Shown: positions 51,232 through 64,000 of the stretch, piece after piece
How positions within the stretch are numbered: position 1 is the first letter of the stretch
Layout: every line of letters starts with the position of its first letter
Source of the DNA: Botryllus schlosseri
Taxonomy: Eukaryota
Assembly: GCA_051294905.1 (NCBI GenBank)
Contig: CM119371.1
Location: 27,964,001 to 28,028,000 of the forward strand
Reading direction: 5' to 3'
Length of the DNA: 64,000 nt
Notes under the pieces: model-generated
Databases searched by the model: none
The model's input: the letters and a program-made list of their open reading frames with translations, nothing else
What the model was told of the DNA's origin: nothing
Program-made: the position numbers and the translations under genes

Positions 51232-52543
51232 TAATATGGCTCTTTTGGGCATAAAGTATGGCTCTTTGCGAAAATTCTAATTATGTGCATAATTTATCAA
51301 TATTGCAGCAACTTGTAATAAATCTTCAGCACGACCAGTGTAATTATTCTTGTGGCAGTATAAACATGTCTTTGAGAGGTGAATACAGTGGCGTATTCCG
51401 GGTTAGGGGCTCGGACCCCGTTTCAAAATCCTCAAATCTAAGTTGCTGTCTCGCCTCCGCCACGGAATCTCGGATTGCACGATGCGTTGATTGCTCAATG
51501 AGAATAGCAGACAAGGCGACGCCTGTATGACAATGCAGTTTTCAAATACACATTGTCTTCCTGATCTACGGCGAGAAATGAACTCCGTGGAAGGGACATT
51601 CACAATTACAAATTCAAAATACAAACAACGCCATAGTGATCCACGTTCTTGATTGAGAAAGTAGCTTTGTAGTTGATGTTCAAATGTAGGCGTGTGGCAC
51701 AACGTTGTGTTACCGCCGAATACTTTGAGAATTGAGAAATCGAATCGGAATCGGTGTGGCTATTACATTCAATTTTTTTTTTGAAATATTTTATTCCGCA
51801 TGAATACATGAAATGAAATATGCGGTACGAATAAATATAATCGCGACTTCAGTCTAAGAGCCGTTTCTGGGGTTTTCGAGGTTGTTGATTATGAATATCA
51901 CATTAGTGATTAGAGATTCGATCTTATAGGCCTACCCCTAAAAAAGTCCAAAATTACTGTATTTACCATTGAATATTTTACTTGGCAAGAAGAAAATCGT
52001 AGTTTTTTCTAATTTATACTGCACTTCAATAGATAATAATTTACTATGAAGAACCCTCATGTCGTCTCCATGGGTTATCTCCAAAATAAGGGCCAATCTG
52101 AGAAAACTAAGGTCATTTTCGGAATCAGCGCCCTTCAGAACCACCAAACCCACTCTCACTTTGTATGCCTAAAACTATGTGTTGACCAGTGTTATAAATA
52201 TTATAAATTCTATGATATTTACGATGAATTGCGCTATGCTAATCCCGGCCGTGCCTCACCAATGCCTTACCTCCCCTTTCACACTATATTTTCGAACAAT
52301 AAATAGGTAAGTTGCGTGATTTTCGTAGTAAAAATGCTCAAAATCTAGTAGACAGGTAAGGCCATATCGTCAAGACGAACCTACGATCTCGTATAACTGA
52401 CGAAAATCGACGAATTTGCGCTACCATGACGTCACAATTTTTCAATTGTGACGTATTGAATAAAACGTATGGCTCTTTGGAAGTTAAGATGAAAAGTATG
52501 GGGTCAATATGGCTCTTCGGACAAAAAAAGTTCCCGACCACTG
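51232..52543. mobile_element. Left-truncated copy of the 29630 MITE with an extra internal insertion (~51765-52195)
   Basis: Colinear with ~29660-30616; right end aaagttcccgaccactg. Confidence 0.75.
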
Positions 52544-52686
52544 CTGTAGTGCATCAAAACAATACGTTTCAGTAGATTACATCAAGTATGCAAAACTTGT
52601 AGAAGTATATGCAAACATAAATTCCAAGCACATGAAACCGGTTACGGTAGAAGCACTTTGTTAGTGATGGTTATAGTCCTATAGGG

Positions 52687-53489
52687 CGGGGGTGTCAAAC
52701 TCAACTTGGGTCGCGGGCTGGATTCAAAAGTTTTGATCGCTCGCGGGCCGGACCAGTCAATTATTCCATTATGTTACCGCCAAATCCATACCCTTGTTTT
52801 CCACTGGAATGCTTTATTGTCAGCGCTTTATGGAGAACAGTATTATATATAATATCGCGGATCATATGAGGATCTATTCGAGCAAACATTCGATGATTAG
52901 TCAATTTAATGCAGATATAAACAATTAACAGTGGCACTAACGACGATATAAGTGGAAATATTTCTATACTGCAGCGGTATTAATAACAATTCCTCGTTAG
53001 CCCTACGTATTTGGGGTGAGGAATACTAGATATTTGCTAGAAATTTGTTCGCTTTTTTCATAGAAGCTGAATAATTCACCGGTCGAGTTCCTCGGGAGAC
53101 CGGCGTTGGGGCCTTTTGAGTCAGCGTAAGGTTAACAGAGGTGCGACCAAAAACATTTGAATTATACTATTCGTTGAGCTCCTTGTATTTTACAACGGTG
53201 TCCCATTGTCATTTGCGCCTCTGTGAATATTAGTATCAGGTCCATTTTTTTTTCAGAAAACTCTGAACTCAATTTGTACTTTTTACGTTCTCAGAATGTA
53301 ATGACATTGTCACCGACTTGGTCTTGATGGTTAGGCTACTTGGGAAAGAACTCAACACTTCCGACATATGATTATAATGCCACCTATTCACATGTTCGAA
53401 ATTACTGTCTGGAATCTCTGTCAATTTGCTCAGAATGGCCTCGCGGACCGGATGAAATGGTCTGGCGGGCCGTATGATTGACATCCCTG
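52687..53489. mobile_element. hAT (Buster/Charlie-type) MITE
   Basis: TIR cgggggtgtcaa...ttgacatccctg; TSD ctataggg/ctacaggg; absent from the paralogue at ~34950. Confidence 0.85.
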
Positions 53490-54035
53490 CTACAGGGAAA
53501 GTTTCTGTTGCACTCAAATCGTGAGAAAGTTTCACCTAATTAACAAAAGTTGTAGTAAAAAGTTATAAAATATACCAGCAGGCACTCAACACTGCGCTAT
53601 GAAAACAAGTGCAGCAACTAACAACCAGCACTCTAGCCTCATTCAATCAGTTACGGAAGCATTACTGCGCTACAATCTCTCTTCTGTCTTTACTCACACT
53701 CACACACGACCAATAAAAAGACGAACGGAGAGAGTAACAGCTAATAAGTTCCAAAAATTCACATGATCTTGTCAAAACAAATCTTTGTGTTATAAATATT
53801 TTCACACGACTTGTTTTCCAAACCGAATTCGAAGGTGGCCCAAAATTATACCGGTAGTCATCATAGAGAAGAGTATTTTGATGCAGAGTTATTCAATTTG
53901 AAATTTTATTTGCGCATGGCGAACAAAATAGTCATAACTTCCACAAATAATTCTAACTCTATTAGCAATTATGAGAGTATCGCTAGAGGTCGTTTAGATA
54001 CTTGCATACATGTGCCCTGTCTGGGTCATTTAAAT

Positions 54036-54984
54036 CATTGGTTCCTAACCTTTTTCAGTTCGCGACCCACTATTCATGTAAATTTCATTACGCGACCAAC
54101 CAGACCCCGTTTCGCCACTATGGTTTTAACCACTACTCGTGGGTGCCAGTTTTTATGTTTCCAGTGCGCTATAGTTATTTGGTAGCGGGTAGCGTGAACA
54201 TTTTCCGGATTTCATGGTGGAATTCGGTGAATGAGATTAGCAATTGCATATATTAGCCTACTATAAACATTTTGTTCTCTTTCAGCCCAAGTGATCATAT
54301 TTACCAGTCGAGCTTTGGAAGGTAGTGTATTTGAAAAGTTCGAGCAGCAAATTCATTACCAATTATCAGAAATTACATCTTCGAGTGGGCCCGTTGTTAT
54401 AATTACTTTGTTGTGTGTTTTATTTTGTGACCAAGCGTCTGTTGTATATACAAAAGATATTTGAATCATCCGAATGTTCCAGCGACTAAAATAAAAGAAG
54501 AAATTATTCCGTGAGACGCAGATTGAAAATTGGCATTTCGTCGAGGATCGAATGATTTTTCCGGTCGGTCGCAGTTGTCCTGTGGGGTTCAGATTGCCAG
54601 GACTGCAATATTTGCGTCGCGGCAATTGTTTGCTGAATATAGCGATAAATCGGGCAGGATCGCTACATTTCCCGATCAACGTTAGCAAAGCCATTGGAAG
54701 AAAGAATCAATACCATTTCTCAGGCATACACAATAACGCACTGTCCAATTTCACGCTACAATCAAATTGACTGTTACGAAAATCCGGCTGACGAATTATT
54801 GTTAGCACGGGAATATGGCTCGAGGCGCTTATTGACGCAAAAAAATTATATAGAGAGAAACGTATATATGGTCACCTAATCATGAGAAGATAAGGTGTTT
54901 AGAATATTTGACAAATTGAATAGGAAACTGCAACATTTAGAAATGCTTCACGACCCACCTGAAATAGCTTCGCGGGAAGCACTG
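54036..54984. mobile_element. hAT-type MITE
   Basis: Ends cattggttcc...ggaagcactg; TSD atttaaat/ctttaaat. Confidence 0.7.
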
Positions 54985-55470
54985 CTTTAAATCAGTAATT
55001 CAATCAAAGTTACAATATGGCATCATCTGCTGGACGCTGCCAGTGTTAGAGCACTGACGTCACTGCAAACACTTCAGCATCATATCCTCCGTATCATAAC
55101 CAGAGCCCCAAAGTAGCATGAACGGAGATAACAGTTGCAATATAAAATTCTAACAAACAGCTAAAAACATCATGCTACATAAATCCCGAGTGTTTATGAA
55201 GCTGTCGGAAGCTGTAAAAGTCGCAAAAGTTGCAAAAACTCGCCGTGTTAACTAGTGTGTCAGATGGTATATTTCAGAAACAATGTCGTTGTAAGCTTCC
55301 ATGGTCGGCAAAACGATATCCATGTTCATTTCAATTTGTGGTTTTGCATAACCACAATATCATAACATATTCTAGATTATATTGTTGAATGACATGCAGA
55401 CTGAAATGAGTTAACCATCATTAAATCTTCCGTAAGTATGCGAACAACAAAACGAGCAACGGCTGCGAAC

Positions 55471-58004
55471 TAGGGATGGTGTGAACCTCTGAAAGGTTCA
55501 GGTTCGTGTGAACGCGAACCTTTTTGAAAGGTTCTGTGTGAACACGAACGTGAACCTCATGACGTTACGTGACGTCATATTGCCAATTCCAACCCTATCT
55601 TTCAATGAAGTGATAGCCTATATTAATGTACATGTACGTACTAGGGATGGTGTGAACGCGAGGTTCACGTTCGCGTTCTGTGTGTGAACCTCGGAAATTT
55701 AGAGGTTCGCGTTCACAACAGAACCTTGGTAGGTTCTACACTGTGAACCTTTTTCATATATTACAATTTTCACTTCATTGCAACATCTTTGTTTCATATT
55801 TATTGCATTTCAACTGCGGGCCACTCCATGCATGGCGCTGGCAGCATTAAAAATCAACACTAAACGAGCATGCACCTTGACAATCTCAAATGTTTTACTT
55901 GCTTTGTTACAAAAGTTTGCTCGAAATATCCAGGTATCCGTTTGTGACTCTCTGTTGTGAGTTTGACCCGCAATCAAAAACATCACGAGAAAAATACGTA
56001 GTCCAACGAATGATGCTTATTCAACCAATCAATGAAATTGATATCGTTTTCTGATGAAAAAAATCTAGCAGGCGTACGGGGTCAATCTTGACTTCGTATC
56101 TTTACTGCATCATTAAAACCAAATCCGTGCGATTAAAGTGTTGGCCACTGCTGTATGGTGTATAACTTCTTAATAGGGTAATATTTGTAGCAAGCATAGA
56201 AACCTATTTTACACACAGCTCAACTTCAATATAGCGATACTCAGACGCCGAATACATTTTCCGGTCTGGTCTCGACCGTTAAGGCGTAAGTTTATGTTCC
56301 CTGGTAAGTCCTCGTCGAAATTGTTGGCAAAGCGACAGAAAATATTGATTTTATGGGAGTATTATATCCTTTATTGCCTCAGTTGATACATTTAGGGCGA
56401 AGATAATAAAGTTGGATTAGCAATAAAGCCGATTAGCGCGTTCGTCAGATTTATCAACCCATGATTAAGGAAACCGGTTGATCGCGGCGCATAAAGTGTT
56501 AATCTCATGATTTAACAAACTGGAACAACTATAGATTTCTAGTTATGTATAGAAACTGCTTACCATTCCTACGTCTAATTATTCCCGATAATGACCGCTC
56601 CGATTATCTCCTAGGTTATGGCTTCACTAAACAACAATCACAGAATTATGTAGGACTACCCGCCATTGCAAAGCGATATCCGTTTCTTAGCTGTACCGTA
56701 CGAATTGGACACGACTTTCATTTCGCGATGATGATAATTCTACCTATTACAGTATCGTCATCAGCAGGCTGCTGTTTCATTATGGAGATTGTGGGATCTC
56801 TAGTTTTTTTCACCAACTAGCAGCCAATATATAACGCATTTTCGCATTATGATGCAACAGATAACGCCACTTGATTCAAAACTCGGGACACCGCGACTAA
56901 CCATCGTGCGTAACCCTCTTCACCTTCGTGCGTCGCGATTAGCAGTATTTAATCACACGATTAGCATTCTCCCGGATCAACTAACTTAATTATCTCCGCC
57001 CTCATCGACGTTTAAAACACCAATATGTACTTCGGCATTGTGGCATTATGTGGCCCGAGTCGTCACTAGGTATCGTGTACATTAGTAGGCTATCACTTCA
57101 TTGAAAGATAGGGTTGGAATTAGCAATATGACGTCACGTGACGTCATGAGGTTCACGTTCGTGTTCACACAGAACCTTTCAAAAAGGTTCGCGTTCACAC
57201 GAACCGGAACCTTTGCGAGGTTCACACCATCCCTAGTATACGTACACGATACCTAGCGACGACACGGGCCACATAATCCCACAATGCGGAAGTACATATT
57301 GGCGTTTTAAACGTCGCTGAATGTATCAACTGAGGCAAACAAATGATATAATACTTCCATAAAATCAATATTATCCGTCGCTTCGCCAACAACTTCGACG
57401 AGGACTGATCAGGGAATATAAGAAACACCTTAACGGTCTTGGCCAGACCGGACAGTATTCGGCGTCTGAGTATTGCTACATTGATTTTGAGCAGAGTGTA
57501 AAACAGGGTTTCTATGCTTGCTACCGATATTATCCCATTAATAAGTTATACATCAGTAGCCAAAACCCCCAATAAACAGATTAAGTCAAGATTGATTGGT
57601 TGAATAAGCATCATTCGTTGACTACTATAAGTGTATTTCGCTCGTGACATTGTGTGATTGCGAGTCGAGCTCACAGCGGAGAGTCGCTAAATATTCACAA
57701 TCGGAAAGCTGGATATTTGGAGCAAACTTTTGTAACAAAGCAAGTAATGTCATTGAGACTGCCAAGGTGCATATTCGTTTTGTGTTGATTTTTTCTGCTG
57801 CCAGCGCCATGCATAGAGGGACCGGCCCGCAGTTTAAATGCAATAAATTCCTACCAAAGATGTCATAATAAAGTAAAAATTGTAATATATTAAAAAGGTT
57901 CACAGTGCAGAACCTATCAAGGTTCTGTTGTGAACGCGAACCTCTGAATTTCCGAGGTTCACACACAGAACGCGAACGTGAACCTCACGTTCACATCATC
58001 CCTA
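55471..58004. mobile_element. hAT (Ac-type) MITE with gtgaac/gttcac repeats, outer copy
   Basis: TIR tagggatggtgtgaac...gttcacatcatcccta; perfect TSD ctgcgaac. Confidence 0.9.
55642..57235. mobile_element. Same-family MITE nested in opposite orientation
   Basis: TIR tagggatggtgtgaac...gttcacaccatcccta; approximate TSD gtacgtac; carries ~610 bp (56393-57002) missing from the outer copy. Confidence 0.88.
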
Positions 58005-58360
58005 CTGCGAACCCGATTACCGACGGTGTTACGTTGGCAGAGGAAATGGTTTTCGTTGCCATTGTTCTATCGGCAGTTTATGTCAGCGCGCGAACGGATA
58101 GATACAGCGAGGACGGCGCGGTAAACAAGTAAAACTCGCACATGCTTTGTCGCATAGATTAGATATAGCGCAATGCAGTAGCTTCATCTAGTCTAGTAGA
58201 TCATGTAAGACGTGATTTCAAAATACAATCGACCAGTACGAAAAAGATACGGCAGCACGTCACATGGTTACAGAGTTGCACTTTCAAAAACAGTTTAGTC
58301 GTGATATTCACGTCATAGTCAAAATCGCATCAAGGCGTTGGCTATCAGGTTAGTTGGCAG

Positions 58361-58490
58361 CAGGGCATGGTATGGTATGGTATGGTATGGATCGAAATTT
58401 TGGTTTGGAATATGGAACAATGCAAGTATGGTATGGAATGGAAGATTTTAATCTATGGCATGGAACGACATTTCCATACTTCCATACTTT
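58361..58490. mobile_element. Left end of a (tatgg)n-type MITE
   Basis: cagggcatgg followed by tatgg/ccata repeats; right end not identified. Confidence 0.5.
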
Positions 58491-58792
58491 GGTATTTTAT
58501 ACATTTTATCGTGATCTGTGCAAGCTTCATGAAGCTTATTCACGGAATATGATCGCTTTTGTTGCAGTATGTGTGAACGTGAACTATTGAACGCTGTGTA
58601 GGAACAAATACACGCTTGTGCAACGGTTTTAAGGAGCACTTGGAATGACATGATTCTGTGATGTAATAATGACAACAGTAATGTTGATCCGATATTCTAC
58701 CGAGTCCAGAGACGACGTCTCCAAGCATAGGCTGCCAGTAGTAGGGTTTGATCAAATATACGCCCGCCAATCCCAGAAGGCCACGTCGCCTT

Positions 58793-58962
58793 AATTGCCA
58801 CGCCTACATTGCCACATCATCCGCCCATTGCCGCACCTATAGCACACCTATTGCCACATCATCCGCCCATTGCCACATCACCTGCCACATTCATCTGTGT
58901 CACATCATCAAGCCCCACACCTATAGTGCCACATCATCCATTGCCACATCATCACCGCATTG
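58793..58962. repeat. Minisatellite (attgccacatcatccgccc-like units)
   Basis: Repeated gccacatcat core, irregular ~20-bp units. Confidence 0.8.
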
Positions 58963-59278
58963 ATTGCAGCATCTATATGACGCACAGCGCCTGATCTAGG
59001 TTGTAGGTTCGAACCCTATAGTCACCACATGTCATACTATTCCGCGCTTTTCGTATCTTCTAACACTTTACTCAGTCTCATTGAAATAGCATTGTATAGT
59101 GTACGAGTTCATTTTATTTCGAAAAAAGAGCATATCAATGATATCGTTGATCGTCATTGCGTCGATTCGCGTGCTGAAATCCTCCAGATCGGTTGATGTT
59201 TCGAGGTACACCGCTTTGCTGCCATCCGACGCTGCGATCCGAGTTCTTGCGTTCGATCTGACCGTTTTGTTTGCCGCA

Positions 59279-59572
59279 TTTGCTGTATCTGAAGTAGAGT
59301 TTCAGCGTCGTTATTCGCTATAAGCCGAGAAATGCACCTTCGCGCAATTTATATAGCCAAACGCATTAACTTTACTGCATCTGAAGTAGAATTTCAGCGT
59401 CGTTATTTGTTATAAGCCGAGAAATGTACCTTCGCGCAATTTTACAGGCGGTCTCACACACTTTGCTGCGTCTGAAGTAAAATTTCAGCGTCGTTGTTTG
59501 CTATAAGTCGGGAAATTAGAGTCGCTGCTTCGCACCATTTACAGGCAGTCTCACACACTTTGCTGCATCTGA
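59279..59572. repeat. ~92-bp tandem repeat, just over 3 copies
   Basis: Units tgctgcatctgaagtagaatttcagcgtcgtt... start at ~59281, 59373, 59464, 59561. Confidence 0.85.
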
Positions 59573-59779
59573 GCTTCATACTAATACATGCATAATTTTT
59601 GCATGACGAGAATAGGGTAATACGGTCAATAAACGCCGGAGGCGAGTCATTTAAACCTTGTTGCTAGATAATACCGCTTTCGGCTACAACAAAGTTGCCC
59701 TGCAACAAAAAATAGAAGCCCTGATGATCATGCAGAGGAAAGTTCAATTATACATCGAATTATTCGAATAGACTATCTA

Positions 59780-62700
59780 CATTGTGTAGGTATGAAGTGA
59801 AATAGAACGGAGTTCACGCAAAAGTTGCTATTGATCATATACCAAGCTTGCTTTCAGAGCTGGAAACTAAATGCATATGAAAATTTACTTAGGTTTTCCC
59901 CACACGCATCAAATGTAGGCCTACTCAAGTGTTTATGAGGTGGCGAATAGTAGGTTGTTGGCATGCAATGACGTCACATAGAATTGTGGAGTTTTCTGTA
60001 AACTATAATCCAGTGATCTATTTTCAATCACTATATTTTTCAATAATCTAAACTAAGTACTGTTAGTAGGCAAACCCTAGGAAAGTATCCTCTGATAAAA
60101 GCAGGAGTAATTTGTTATCCGTGAAATTAATAGATGGTGCGCAATATGAGCGGTGCCGCGATGACTGACAAATACTTTGAAATAATGTATAGAAGTAGCG
60201 ATTTCGAACTACGTAAAAGTTAGTCCAGCTCACGCATTTTCCATTTTCAAAAGTCAAAACACGACATTTTTGTAAAATGAATACTAATTTTAATAAAAAA
60301 TAGGAAAAAAAGAGCGAAAAATTACATTTTATCCCGGAACGCAACAAGAAAAATCGTATGAATTTGTAAACTACTTATTCATGACATAATATTAATTCTA
60401 CTTGTACACTTTTTCACATTTTATAACACTTTTAGTAGTACTTAACAGTTTCAGTTTTAAATAAACTAATCGAAAAATTCGGTAACCAATTTCGCGTAGG
60501 CTATGCATACAAATGAGGAACGTTACATCAACGCGTGTTAACTAGTTGTATTATGTAGCTTGTAATTCATGCAAGTAAGTCGGACAAATTCGTCGCATGA
60601 ACACGACTCTAATGGACATAAAGAAATGAAAATTTTGTAAAGTAGATATTTTTCGGTATGCTAAATTCGGCTACGCGGTGCTAGTCTTCTTGGCCGCATG
60701 AAATAGGATGTTTTAGCTTCAACCTCAACGCATTAGCACACCGAATTTAAATATAGGCGATAAATAATATACAGTAGCTCCAATTTTAATGAAAAAATAA
60801 AAATAAAAAAGCCCACTAACTTTGAAATCTCTACTTGTACTTGTATTCGAGCAGAATTGCGACCGATGCATTAATGACTTTAATACTATGTACGGTGAAT
60901 TATCCACACCTATGAGTCGAAATGTTGTTAAGTAACTCATGTTTTCAACATAACCTAAACGCAAAGTTGACGAATTTCCATGTTGATCAAATACCACAAC
61001 TTTTTCTTGCTTTCTGAGTTGGTAACTAAGCGCATCACAGAATTTACCCAAAAAAGTCGGTACTCCGAAAATTTTGTAAAGTAGAGCTTTTGGCGTTGGA
61101 CGTAAGTTCCAATGAACAAGTGTTCGCGTAGGTTCGAGGTCTGAATGAGTCTTTTAAAGTAGATAGAAACGAAAAAACTAATCGAAAAAATTTACGAAGT
61201 TTTGATGCGGCATATTTAGGTTTTTTAAAAATAAATACGATTCGAAATATTGTTAACTAGCTTATGTTTTCGACATAAGATAAGCGTGAAGTGTACAAAT
61301 TTCGATGTTGCGCAAATACCACAAACTTTGCTTGCTTTCAGAGCTGACAACTAAATGCAAGATAGACTTTACGCAAAAAACTTATACTTGAGCACTACGA
61401 AATGTACAAGTACTTCACCTTTACACGACGTTTTTTGTAAAATGAATACTAATTTAAATAAAAATAAAAAAGAGCGAAAAACTACATTTTATCCCGGAAC
61501 GCGACATGAGAAATCGTTTCGATAATATCCAACATGCTGGTTCACTTCGAGGGTAATTTGTAAAACTGAAATATTGCAAGGTAGGACTTCGCAAATTTTC
61601 GATTTATTTTTGCTATTTTTAAATTTCGTTAGTTCTCCGCCTTCAAATATCATCCAATTTCGCGTAGGCTATGCATACAAATGAGGAACGTTACATCAAC
61701 GCGTGTTAACTAGTTGTATTATGTAGCTTGTAATTCATGCAAGTAAGTCGGGCAAATTCGTCGCATGAACACGACTCTAAGGGACATAAAGAAATGAAAA
61801 TTTTGTAAAGTAGATATTTTTCGGTATGCTAAATTCGGATACGCGGTGCTAGTCTTCTTGGCCGCATGAAATAGGATGTTTAGCTTCAACCTCAACGCAT
61901 TAGCACACCGAATTTAAATATAGGCGATTAATAATATACAGTAGCTCCAATTTAATTGAAAAAATAAAAAAGCGCGAAAAAATTGCATTTATCCTGGAAC
62001 GCACCAAGAAAAACCGTGTGAATTTGTAAAGTAGTTAGAAAACTAAACTATTCCGCTACACTAAAGACTTTGACAATCCGGATTTTGTATGGTGTATACT
62101 AATTTTACATTGCGGAGTATTCATTATTATGTAGCTTGTACCTCATGCAAGTAAGTCGGACAAATTCGTCGCATGAACACGACTCTAATGGACATAACGA
62201 AATGAAAATTTTGTCAAGTAGATCTTTTTCAGTATGCTAAATGTGATGTTGTTCCATACCGAATAGCACTCGTCAAGGTTATACAAGCATAACCCTGGTT
62301 TCAACACTTTTACAGCGATTCTTCTTGCTTCCTATAACATCCCACTCGAAGCCCTCGTTATTAGACTATGATCTCAGCCTGAGCTATGTCTTGAAGCCTA
62401 CGGGACTCTGCAAATTGTTTCGATTTAAGGAAGCCCATTTCACTTAATGTATCGATGTCTACGGTACTCTACAAAATTTTCTGATTAATTCTCCCTATGT
62501 TAATTTACCATAAGAAAGACAATTTGACTCCTAAAGTCCGAAATACTTGTTCGCTTGAGCTAAGCCGCAGCGCCTGGAGTGGAATTTCATAGTTCTTGTA
62601 AAAAGTTGTTTGTACACAATATATGTTTAAGGTAAGTCCTACTCATTCATGATTTCGTCCGAGTTTGTATTTTAGTAGTATATACTAATTTACGATACCG

Positions 62701-63080
62701 CGTTTGTAACTTATGCAAGTACAGGAATATCATAGTTCTTGAACCGTGCTCAATGCTTAATAGACCATTTTTGCTATTTTTCATTACCATAAGTCATTCT
62801 GGACCGCGTAAACGCATTGTACGATATAGATGAAACTTATGCAAATCCTAGGATCCTCATTTTCAAAGTAGCTTAGATATCGAAATAAGCTCTGACTCGC
62901 TATTCTCCTCATAGCATGGAATTATCACGAGTATCACCTTCGATCACTGAAGAAAAGGATGAAATACTTTAAGTAGTACTTAACAGTTTCGGAATATAAA
63001 CTAATCGAAAAATTCGGTAATCAATTTCGCTTAGGCTATGCATACAAATGAGGAAAGTTACATCAACGCGTGTTAACGAG
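59780..63080. repeat. Mosaic of shuffled direct-repeat modules
   Basis: 60486-60810 nearly identical to 61654-61965; partial copies at 62126-62242 and 62972-63077; other modules at 60260/61423/61960 and 59835/60990/61313. Confidence 0.85.
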
Positions 63081-63169
63081 TTTTATCGAGTTATCGAATG
63101 ATTTTTTTCTTACATCAAAATAACTAAAATGTGTAACTACATTAAAACGTATCTAAATGAGCTCCAGGG

Positions 63170-64000
63170 CATTGCGATTATGCAGCATACCAAATTGCAT
63201 CACACATTTCATGATGTAACAACTTTAAAACTAACGCAGTTCTATAGCAACTTTTGCCTAAATCTGTTTTCGGTAGCGTGTACATATACATAGTCAGCTT
63301 TAATAACAGAATTACCATGCTAATATGTGACTCCTCACCTTGAAACTTGGTACGTAGTTGTAGTGTTTATGCAGTATACCAAATTTCCTCACGCATTTCA
63401 TAATGGAACAACTTTAAAACTATCGCGGCTCTACATCAACTTTTTGCGTACATCTGTTTTGCGGGAGCGTATAGCACGTACCTATACATAGTCAACTTTA
63501 ATAACGGAATTACCATGCTTAACATTGCATCCCAACTCTAAACTTGATACGTAGTTGTAGGACATTATGGCAATGCACCATGCTAAATTTCATCACACAT
63601 CTAATGATGGAACACCTTTAAAACTAACGCAGTCGAATACCGACTTTTACGCATATCTGTTTTGCGTGAACATAGCATATACCTATCCATATTCAATTTT
63701 AATAGCAGAATTACCGTGTTAAACATTGAATTCCCACCGTGGAAGTTGGTACGCGGTTATAGGACAGTATAACAATGAACCATACCAAATTCCATCACAC
63801 ATTTCATGATGCTGGAACAACTTTAAAACTAACGCGGCTCTACATCGACTTTTTGCGTACATCTGTTTTGCGGGAGCGTATAGCACGTACCTATACATAG
63901 TCAACTTTAATAACGGAATTACCATGCTTAACATTGAATCCCAAGTCCAAACTTGATACGTAGTTGTAGGATATTATGGCAATGCACCATGCTAAATTTC
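63170..64000. repeat. ~200-bp tandem satellite with ~409-bp dimeric period
   Basis: Unit starts (ataccaaatt/atgctaaatt) at ~63187, 63376, 63580, 63782, 63989; 63431-63590 almost identical to 63840-64000. Confidence 0.88.

Noticed and set aside
58985..59025. B-box-like ggttcgaaccc
   Set aside because: No clear A box, cloverleaf, tail or TSD
59279..59572. Repeat-spacer-like array resembling CRISPR
   Set aside because: Repeats are ~70 bp and degenerate, the second and third spacers are nearly identical, the context is eukaryotic and there are no cas genes; it is a tandem repeat

Overview
AT-rich eukaryotic (animal, probably invertebrate; the taxon cannot be determined from this sequence) genomic window. 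Its core is a tandem, same-strand cluster of five single-exon C2H2 zinc-finger paralogues: three intact 15-16-finger ORFs (17337, 31245, 47793), one with a premature stop (11357) and one frameshifted and truncated (46544). Each sits in a duplicated unit with homologous flanks. The proteins show no effector domain, lack the TGEKP linker and diverge mostly in their recognition helices. The spacers are packed with non-autonomous DNA transposons: about 20 hAT-type MITEs, most with readable 8-bp TSDs, including nested, self-nested and chimeric copies; a decayed hATm-like element with 529-bp near-perfect inverted arms; and a foldback MITE with a 7-bp TSD. There is also a tRNA-derived SINE, a Gypsy integrase plus 3' LTR remnant and LINE remnants. 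The last ~5 kb is minisatellites, a shuffled mosaic of repeated modules and a ~200-bp satellite. All comparisons were made by eye, without alignment tools or databases.
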